Of a stretch of 64,000 nucleotides of DNA, positions 24,193 through 33,760 are shown in pieces; position 1 is the first letter of the stretch, and each line of letters opens with the position of its first letter. The stretch is from Siniperca chuatsi (taxonomy: Eukaryota). The position numbers and the translations under genes were made by a program. Under the pieces are notes generated by a model. It made no database searches and was not told where the DNA came from. It worked only from the letters and a program-made list of their open reading frames with translations. The stretch spans positions 6,995,595 to 7,059,594 of the forward strand of contig NC_058054.1 of assembly GCF_020085105.1 (NCBI RefSeq), in the 5' to 3' direction.

Positions 24193-25977
24193 GACGGTAT
24201 GGACACCCTGCAGGAGTGGGACTTTGAGAAATACTCAGAGAGTGCTGCCAAAAAGGCTCTGAACCACAACCTCAAGCATGTGATGAAGGAGGGCGGCCGT
24301 GCCGGAAAAGCCTTGATGATCAACACCGATAAGCTCATCAGCACTGTGCAGGTTTTAGGCGCTGCAGGCGGAGCCGCCAGAGCTGCCCAGGCCATCAGCG
24401 TCACCACAGGTGTCATGTCGGCCCTCTTTCTCGCTCTGGATGTTTTCTTCCTCGCCAAAGACTCCCACGAGCTCCACAAGGGCGCCAAAACTAAGTTTGC
24501 CACCAAGATCAGGGACGTATGTAAAGAACTTCAAGAAGGCCTCCTGGAGCTGAACAAGGTGAAGACACAGCTGCAGAAGACCATGGACGGCATTGAGGTG
24601 GAGGAGTACGAGGAGATTGAGGAGGTAGAAGTGGAAGTTGACGACGATTTGGAGTCGGATCCAAAGAAGCTGGCTGAGCTGGAGCAGGAGCTGGACCTCC
24701 TGGAGGAGAAACTGGACAAGAAGGTCGAGGAGGAAGAGCAGAAGAAGATTAAAGAGATGGAGAAAGAAAATTTGAAAAGAAAGAAGGAGAAAAAGGAGGA
24801 GAAGAGCATGAAGGAAAAAGGAGAGCCAGAGGAAAAGAAGGAGAAGGAGGAAACAGGAGAAAAGGATGCTAAGAACGAGGGAAAAAAGGAAAGTAAGAAG
24901 GGAGGAAGTGAGGGAGAAAGCAAGGTTGAGTCAAAATTAGAGAAGATTTCTGATGAGGAAAAAGAGCAGAACAATGAGACAGTCAAAGCAGCCAAAGAGG
25001 AAGTTTTAAATGAACAATCTCAGAAACAGAAGAAGGACAAAGAAACTGAGAACCGAATTACAGCTGGAAAAGAAATATATGAGAGCAAGCAAGACAAGGC
25101 AAAAGAAGACATTAGTACAAATAGAAAGGCAGACGAAAAGGAAAAAGAGAAAAATAAGACTGGAAAAGAACACAAGGAAATTAAGAGCAGATCAGACGAT
25201 TCAAAACGAGAGGACCGGAGTGGAAAAGCATATTCTGAGAGGGTCAAAACAGAGAGAGAAAGCGAAAGGAGTAAGAGCAGCAGAGAGGATGAAAGAGTGA
25301 TGAATAAAGAGAAAGAGGCAGAAAGTGGGAGTGCAAGGAGGCACAGCAGCAGGAGTGACAAAGATAGACCCCACAGACGTGAAAGAGGGAGCAAACACGA
25401 AAATAAAGAAACCGAGAGATGCAGCAGCAGAGACAGAAAACAAAGTGACAGGAGGGAGAGCAAGAGGAGGACAGAGGAGGACAGAGGAGTGAGGGACTGG
25501 AGAGCAGAGATGGCAAAAAGTAGAGACGAGAAGAGAGAGAGCAAGGAAGGAAGAGAATCTAAGAGAGAGACAGAGAGAGGGACAGAAAGGGAACATCATG
25601 GAAAAAGCAACGTGAGCAAAGAGTCACATCGAAGCCACGAAACGGCGACGAGGAGGAAGCATTCGGAAAGAGAGTGGGGGAGCAGCAGGGAGGAATCTGA
25701 CTCGAATAGGAGTCACCACAGGAGAGGAACAGCCCCGCATGATGACCGGAGGGAGAGAGCAGATGAGAAACGAGGGAGCAGGATTGAGAGGGCAAAGAGG
25801 CAGTTTGAGAGAGCAGGGGGTGAGGAGGAGGAGGACAGGGGGAAGAGGAAAGAGGATGGACAGAGTCAGGGGAGGGACAGAGAGAGGAGAGGAAGTGATA
25901 GAGGCAGAGAGCACCACAGCCACCGAGGAGCTCGACCACGATCCAACGCGCTGCTGGAAGACGGACTGAATATTTAA
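24193..25977 (+). CDS. Paralog B terminal exon: second half of the ApoL domain (..VMSALFLALDVFFLAKDSHELHKGAKTKFATKIRDVCKELQEGLLELNKVKTQL..), then an open low-complexity tail of about 480 codons (K/E-rich, then R/S/E/D-rich) to TAA at 25975-25977
   Basis: ttgtag acceptor in frame. This matches the 592-aa ORF in the track. The homology to paralog A stops at about codon 130 of this exon. The tail is only weakly supported, because the GA-rich sequence is open in several frames on both strands. Confidence 0.7.
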   Translation, partial: DGMDTLQEWDFEKYSESAAKKALNHNLKHVMKEGGRAGKALMINTDKLISTVQVLGAAGGAARAAQAISVTTGVMSALFLALDVFFLAKDSHELHKGAKTKFATKIRDVCKELQEGLLELNKVKTQLQKTMDGIEVEEYEEIEEVEVEVDDDLESDPKKLAELEQELDLLEEKLDKKVEEEEQKKIKEMEKENLKRKKEKKEEKSMKEKGEPEEKKEKEETGEKDAKNEGKKESKKGGSEGESKVESKLEKISDEEKEQNNETVKAAKEEVLNEQSQKQKKDKETENRITAGKEIYESKQDKAKEDISTNRKADEKEKEKNKTGKEHKEIKSRSDDSKREDRSGKAYSERVKTERESERSKSSREDERVMNKEKEAESGSARRHSSRSDKDRPHRRERGSKHENKETERCSSRDRKQSDRRESKRRTEEDRGVRDWRAEMAKSRDEKRESKEGRESKRETERGTEREHHGKSNVSKESHRSHETATRRKHSEREWGSSREESDSNRSHHRRGTAPHDDRRERADEKRGSRIERAKRQFERAGGEEEEDRGKRKEDGQSQGRDRERRGSDRGREHHSHRGARPRSNALLEDGLNI

Positions 25978-28900
25978 TTTTAAAGATGTTATCTTTTACA
26001 TTTCTAATGTGTTCTATGTTTGGATTATTTTAAGTCCAACTTGAATTTGACTGCATGATGATGGAGACCTTATTTTTTCCAATACAGCCAATCAAATCTT
26101 GCATAAAGCAGTAACATCATCAGTCCTATCGTAGGCAGAGTTGCTACACAACACAAGAATTAGCACAACACATTAGCTTTACTGCTAAATTCTCCTTACA
26201 GACTTCTTATCCTGCACATTTGCTGCTAACGTCAGTTTGCAGGATAGATAGCTAATTAGCTGCGGCACATTAAACAGCATGTAAACATACCTGCATATGT
26301 CACTTGGGTCTGGTGAGATGCTGTTGTGGTTCTTACTCTTCAATACCACTAACAACAAGCTGTCTGCTCATGACATGTAGGCTACAGAGAGCCGAGTTTG
26401 TTTACTTTGTCACCGACACTCTCAGACCGTTTTTTTTTTTTCCTTTTAACAATACAAAACAATACATTTAAAAAACACGTTATCATTATTTTTTACTACA
26501 AAAAAGGATGACTAAATGTGATTTCAGTTTGACTTTAACACAATACTCGTACAAAATTTCCTTTTTGCGTTTTCCTTGACAGTGTTTCCTTGCCGAGCTG
26601 CACCGGAGGGAAATTGCACACTTGTATTTGTCCGTCTTATGGGGAGTGAATATTCGTATATAAGAGAAGTTTAATCTGGTCTGACCGTGGTGAAAAAGTT
26701 TCTCACAGCAGATACTTTGACTTGTGAAATACAGGTTTAACTAATAATATTATTATTTAATGCACTGGACTGCAATAATTGCTGGAATGGAGCCATCATT
26801 ATTGTTATCAGCACCTGTCTGTGCTTTTCCTGCTAAGTCAAATGTCTGCTGTGAAAAAGGAAGGTGAATCTGAGGCGAGGCTATCAAGATTCAAGTTTGT
26901 GAGATTTACTCAGAAACAAAATGTAAAGTAGGACAGACTTTTGACAGGGAAGAAAGGCAAGAACAGACCAGTTTTTCCATTTCCAAAGTATGAAGAAGCC
27001 TGTCTTCACTTTGGATTTCTATCTCTTGAGTCCACTGTGAATCTAGCAAGAGAACTTTGTGTGCAAAAAGTTTAGACTGTTTTTTTGACAGAAACTAATG
27101 AAAAACATTTGTTAATATTAAAGTATGACAGCCTCACATTAGCTTCAGCTGAACTTTGGAAGAGGACTGCACTTTGTTTTCCATCTCTTACACTGTGGTT
27201 GCACTACAAAGGTTATCTCTTCACGGCCGAAGAGAACAAAGACCCCTTGTGTAGAAATGTTATGTGATTATGGCCTCTTTCTAATTAAATATCTGCTATT
27301 GTAAAGTATTTGTTTGTCGAAAGCTGAAGTACTACCACTAGGAGTCGCCAAAGTTAGACATTTTCAAATCTTGTACATACAGTAGGAGCTCTAACATCTG
27401 CCTCCTAGCTGCTTTGTAAAAATGCTTTTTGCCACAGTATCTTTAAAGAAATCTACAAAGCAGATTTCCTGCTAAATCTGAACTGAATGCAAATGATGTA
27501 AAATACAGAGTAGAGGTTGCTAGTATTTTGTTAATGCCTCATGATAATTATTTATTGATATTGTGATAAACATAACATCTTTTAAATATATATTTAAAAC
27601 CTTAACCTGTGTTTCTGAAACATGTTCTGGTGATTCAGGTTAAAACTAGACGACCCCCCTACTGTTTAAGTCCGTATTGTGCCTTTGCATACTGTGTGTG
27701 TATGGTGTGTTTAGTGCACCTGTGTTTTTTATTTCACTGAAAAGGCCAGTCTGTGTGTGAACATGCTCAGGAGAAACAGGGAATCTTTTCATGCAGTCTT
27801 TTTATTTAAGGCAGGACAAAAACTTGTTGTGGGAAATGTACCAGGATGACAGAATAATAATGACTTATTAAAATCATGTGGTACAGTTCATTTTCACTCA
27901 GTGCACTTTAACCAGGCGTTGCCTCCTTCATGTCTGTGCTCAAGTTTTATGTCACTGATTGATGTTTCTGGAATATTGTACAATGGTACACTTTGTCTGT
28001 AGTTATCACTGTTGTCTGATATTTTATATGTTCACTGTACTGTATTTTTGTGCTGGTTTATTACTGAACAAATAAATAGAGTTGGAATGTGATGCTGTTT
28101 ACAACACTTTGCATATCTATTTCATAGACAGGTGTGTAGGAGAGGGACGAGTGGATCAAAAAATACAAATAAACACCTTCACACTGTCCAACTAACTGCA
28201 ATAATACATTTGTTTGCAACGTTTCGGTCCTATACCTTCATCGGGCAAATGGTTTGTAACAATGAGAAGCCATCTTAAATAGGGAGTGGCTGTAAAAATA
28301 ATGGGTGAATGGTCGAAACATACAGCTTCTGACACTCCAATTGGTAGCAGTACAAATGCAAACTGGACCAAACTGGCCTAAACATTGTGGCTTCAATTGC
28401 ATGAACAAGTTATTTTTTATCCACTTTTATATAATTAATAGTGTTACTTAGGAAGATGATAGGTGGGACAATGAAAGGGTACTTGTGACAGGGCTGTGGG
28501 GAAACATCAGATAAACAAGTTTGGGAACTACTGGTCTGATAAATTGTCTTTGTAACACAACTTAATAGTAGCTTTAATATTTTAAATAATGGCTCATTTT
28601 ATGCCCTGTGCTTTGACACATTTAACTTGTGTCTTTTGCTTTTGTTAATTATCGTCTGTAAATACCAGTGGTTGCATGTAACTAAGTACATTTAATCATT
28701 TACTGTACTTAGGTACAATTTTTAGGTGCTTTACTTGAGTATTACCACACTTTATACTTGACTACATTTATTTCACAGCTTCTGTTACTTTGTATGTTAA
28801 GATTTTACCTACAAATATTGACTTGATATCAACTTCAACATAAAATATGATGCACTGTTACAAATTAAACTACCAAAGAGTAAAGTAGTTTACCAAAGTA

Positions 28901-30279
28901 GTTTACCACCTACAATGCTAGTAATAATAATCCAACATATTAATATATAATAATATATCACTCACAGAGGCCATTTTTCTGCATGATGAGTGCTTTCACT
29001 TTTGATACTTTAACATTTTGCTTATAAAACTTCTTCACTTTAAGTACAATTTTGAATGTTAAAAGGAATTTTTACATTTTACATTTGCTGCTTACCACAG
29101 TAAATGATCTTTATACTTCTTCCGCCACTGGTAAATACTTTGCAGATATTTTGAAAAGACCTTTTAAAATAAAGATAGTTGAAGTAATAATTTTAAAATA
29201 CACATGTACAGGATGAAGTATGGAGCCTACCTTGCAAATTATAAGGCTTTCAAAGATAAAAGAATAAAAATATAAGAATAATAATCTTGTGTTCATGTGT
29301 TGAAATGTAGGATTTTCTCTCAAAGGCCCTGCACACCCACTCTGGTGTTTGCAGTTATTTTTTCTGATTTGACCTCTTTTCAGTCTGAAGTGGTGGAGCT
29401 ACTGGGATTTGTTAAGGCCACCAAAAGAATACACCTGTGAGGGTTTACTATGGGTGTGTATGAGCTCTACTGTAATGAATTGCTGCTTTTTTTGTTTTAG
29501 TTAGGAGACTTGTGCAGGGCTTCTCGTTGAGTTACATGTTCACTGATTCTCAACACTAATCAAAACACTACAACTAAACTAGACAGAGAAGTGAAGTTGT
29601 TAAACCGAAAAATACAAAAGCACAATAACATTTCCTGTGTTCAAGTTGTGGCACTGTTTAAGGTGACACTTATATAATATTATCTTAATCTTTTATTTTT
29701 CTTATCATAAGAAGGTTTCCTTTTTCAAAGCGAGGGTATATTTAACACTGACACACAAGATGTATAATAATATACTAATATAATATACATATAATAGTGT
29801 GTAGTTACATTATATAGCTCTTTTAATCCTTTTATTAAGCTCCTACAACAAAACACAAAACAAAAGATTACTTAATAGAAAAAATGTTAGTGAGATGGGA
29901 GTCTGAAGTTCACCCACCTTCCAAACATTCTCCCACAATACCTGTCTGTCTAACTTTATTTATATAGCAATGTTAAAAAGCATTTGACTAAATAAATCAA
30001 ATCAGATGATCAGATTAGGTTAAATTAGTCACTGTAGATCAGATTATGTAACATCTTGTTGAAATGAATAGAAGGAAATGAGTAGCTTCTGAAATATTTT
30101 CCATCTTGTCATCGGATTTTCTGCAGATTCATATGTCACATGTCCAGAAGAGTTTCCAGTTTTAGTGCTACCAAAACGATTCATATGTCAAATTGTGTGT
30201 AAGTTTTTGTAGGTGGGACTTTTCTTAATGACAACTGTTATACTAATCAAAGTGTTAAGTTTTGACAAGAGTCTACAGC

Positions 30280-31260
30280 AACACTATGAGGCACAGAGCT
30301 AAATGCTAATGTCAGCATGCTAACATGCTCACAGTGACAAAGCTGAAGATGTTGATGTTTAGCAGGTATAATGTTTACCATTATCACCATCTTAGTTTAG
30401 CCTGTTAGCATGCTAACATTTTCTAATAAGCACTAAACACAGACATGTAAGGCTGATGGGAATGTTACTGGCTTTGCACGTAATATATGCACCAAATTTC
30501 ATGGCAACCCATTCAATAGTTGAGTTATTTGACTCAAAACTGCAAATGTCAACTTCGTGATGGCACTAGAAGAAGAAGTCTGGGATCGCCAATGTCATGA
30601 GGATTCATCCTCTGGGCACCATGAAAGTCAATTTTGTGGCAATTCATCCAATGGTTGTTGAGATATTTCAGTCTGGACCAAAGTGGTGGACCGACCAACA
30701 GACTGACATTTCCATTCCCAGCTTGGCTAAAAACAAAACTAAGCCATGCTAACAGCTCTGTGAGGGTGTTAGGCACAGTGGTACTTTGAGCTAAATGCTC
30801 TGCATCCTAACATGCTCACAATGACAATGCTAAACAGGTGCTATGTTTACTATGCTCACTGTCTTACTTTAGTGTGTTAGTTTTAGTTTTGCAGGGATTT
30901 GGTCATAAACCAAAGTATTGGTAAAATGTTGACCTAATGGTGGTGCTAGATAAAAAGGTAAGGAATTACCAAAGTTATTACAACTCATCCTGAGCTGGGC
31001 ATTAATGTTTGTACCAAATTTATTGAGATAGTTCACTTAAAACCACAAATGTGAAACTCATAGTGACGCTAGAGGAAAAGTTAAGAGATCCCCAAAGTAG
31101 GATTCATCCTCTGGGCAACATGAATGTTTGTATAAAATTTAATGGTGATCCATCCACTAGTCCACTTGATGACATTTCCATCCCAATGCACTTTAACATG
31201 GCTAAAAACAATCCCACAGACATTATATTAATATCTCAGCCATTGTATACAGAACAAACT
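30280..31260. repeat. Three tandem partial copies of an interspersed repeat unit (..GCTAAATGCT..CATGCTAACATGCTCACAaTGACA.. / ..GGATTCATCCTCTGGGCAcCATGAA..TTTCCATCCCa..GCTAAAAACAA..)
   Basis: Sub-units near 30290-30780, 30780-31050 and 31050-31260 share long blocks with point differences. Confidence 0.55.
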
Positions 31261-32035
31261 CCACTGAAATTTCAAAATGCTCAGTACTGCACATATATTA
31301 ACTGTACATTATGATGACATGTATAGTTTATAAGTTAATATGAGTTATATGATGCATGCAAGTCTATGGAGGCCCATTGAGTCCCACTGTATTTATAGCA
31401 CAGCACATATATACAGTACAAACTATAATACACACCGGTCAACTGTGAATGAGCTCTTTATGATGACCCCATTTACTCCCATTACATCTTTAACTCAGCG
31501 AATTCACTGCACACGGCTCCTTTAAGCTGTGTATTTTGAATAGAATTAGAGAGACAATCAGTATTGTGACATCAAACATATTTGATGGCATGACTGTTAG
31601 CTAAACCTGTTTTAAAGTAAATGTCTTGGGGTGCTTTTCATATTTTAGATTCTCGCTAAGGAAGAACCTGTCGTGATGCGGTTACCAGTATTTGGTTAAC
31701 CTTTTTTTTTTTATAAATATGACATCATTCTTGTGAATGTTTCTTGTTTTTCAGGTCTCTCTTGGAAAAGAGATTTTGATTTCAATGAGACTGCCTGTTA
31801 AATAAAGATTAAATAAAAAAAATATATATATTACAGAGTGTATGAAAAGGAGATATTTAAAACTCAGTCCTATAACTTAAAATCGATTCTGTCACTCAAG
31901 TAAAATCCCTATTAAGACGGTGTAGTCCCCATAGTCCCTCATGGCTCTTTTAACTTTGTTAACTTTGTTAAAAGAGCCAAAAAACAGGACAAAAGTGCAA
32001 CAGAACCAAGAAGGAACGGTGTCTCCATTCCTTCT

Positions 32036-32557
32036 GTGTCTGGACTGTCTGAAAAACTACAAAGGATCTTTAGACAGCACGATGTTTCTGTTTTCTTTAA
32101 ACCAGGCAACACCTTAAGACAGAAACTTGTTCACCCTAAGGACAAGTTACCCACACAGAAACAGAGCAATGTAGTCTACTCCATTCAGTGCAGTGAGGAA
32201 AACTGCAAAGAACGGTACATAGGCAAGACCAAACAGCCACTTCACAAAAGACTTTATCAGCACAGACGACACGCTAACTCAGGATTACAGAGCGCCGTGC
32301 ATTTGCATCTAAAAGCTACAAACCACACATTTGAAGACAGCGAGGTGAAGATTCTAAGTAGAGAGAAGAGTTGGTTTGAACGGGGCGTCAAGGAAGCCAT
32401 TTTTGTGAAGAAAGAGAACCCCTCTTTGAACAGAAATGGTGGTCTGAGATTTAATCTGCCCAAAGTCTATCAGAGTGTATTATCACCCTGGTCACGCCTA
32501 TCACATGCTAATCAGACACTTAACAGTGATGAAGTAGATGCAGCCAGAAAACAATAG
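32036..32557 (+). mobile_element. 3' fragment of a Penelope-like retroelement ORF: GIY-YIG endonuclease-like domain (..VVYSIQCSEENCKERYIGKTKQPLHKRLYQH..KATNHTFEDSEVKILSREKSWFERGVKEAIFVKKENPSLNRNGG..)
   Basis: 173-aa ORF with a GIY..YIG..R..H..E motif arrangement and a CCHH-like motif, as at the C-terminus of PLE ORFs. No reverse-transcriptase portion is detectable upstream, so the copy is truncated. Confidence 0.5.
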
Positions 32558-33429
32558 ACCTGATTACTGATTACTGGGCCATCTTGGAAACTATTAGGTC
32601 AGTTTCAGGTGAAACTAGCTATTAACAGATACTCAGGCAGATTCCTTCCTGAGGGCAGGGCTTATGTAACTCAGAGTACCTTAAATTTCTAGTTCCCGTC
32701 CCATTTTTTTCACAATTGAGAATGACTTCCGGATGGGAGCCGAAACGTCTTGATTCTGAAAACAGTGTCCAGATGACTACGACTGAAACCTTTTCTACGA
32801 TAAAATCCCTTTTGTCACATTAATATAAACAATTGATTATTCAAGACAATTTTATACAAAGTAACATTTAAATATATATAATCATCTAAAGAAAGAAAGA
32901 AAAGAGCCTGCTGTTTGACGTCAATACTCTGACGTCAAACTGCTGCTGGAAATCCCCGTTTTCAAACCTTCAGTAGATGTCACTGAGATGGAAAAACAAA
33001 AACAGCATCAGTGACATTCCTCAAATGGTTTGACATGGACGGTTTAAACCAGTCTGCCATTTTGGCATTCACTGGAACCAGAACATCCAAATGCGGACTG
33101 TGTCAGAGCGGATGGTGGAGTCGAGGCAGGTTGAGACCTCCAATACGTCAAGCAAACATGCTTCTGACATATCTCTTTTTAAACTGTGATATTTTTTCAC
33201 CATTAGAAGAAAAACAGATTTTCTTCAGTCATTCAATGCAGTTTACATGGAGCCATTAGAGGAACTACAGCTAGAGTAGTTTCATTTGGTCAAGTCCTCT
33301 ATATTTTGTTAGGGGATTTAGGGACTTGTGGAGGCCAATTCCAGTATTTCAAGACTCAAAATATTTGATTTTTACTATTTTTAGGTCAACAACAATTGAA
33401 AAAAAAAGGGTTCAGTATTTCCCTACCTA

Positions 33430-33760
33430 AATTTGATTCTTATCAGTGAGTGTGTTTACACTCAAACTAGTATCCTGGTTATGATCAGGTTTTTGAAATA
33501 TCCATGTGTTGCATGTAACCATCATATTCTGCTTTCAGAAACCTGGATAGGCCACAGTATCCTGGTTTCTGTCAAACACCCGATCCAGGTTTCTGAATAT
33601 TCGTTGTTGGTTCAGAACATAGTGGAGAGAAATCAGGACACAACTGCACACAAATGATCAGAAAACTGGATACTGTTAGAATCATGTTTACAGGGATATG
33701 AATAACCAGGTTTCTCATGTTTGGTGTAAACATCATATCCCAAATATGACAAAATTCATT
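33430..33760. repeat. Compound inverted/direct repeat structure built from the motifs AACCTGGAT, ATCCTGGTT and CAGGTTTCTGAA (MITE-like)
   Basis: Near-symmetric arrangement of related motifs around about 33600, with GTGTAAACAC..CTAGTATCCTGGTTATGATCAGGTTTT on the left arm. Confidence 0.35.

Noticed and set aside
24531-25939. Several long minus-strand ORFs (154, 174, 132, 126, 99 aa) rich in S/L/F/P
   Set aside because: They are antisense to the purine-rich tract. CT-rich low complexity gives stop-poor frames, and they have no splice context or homology.
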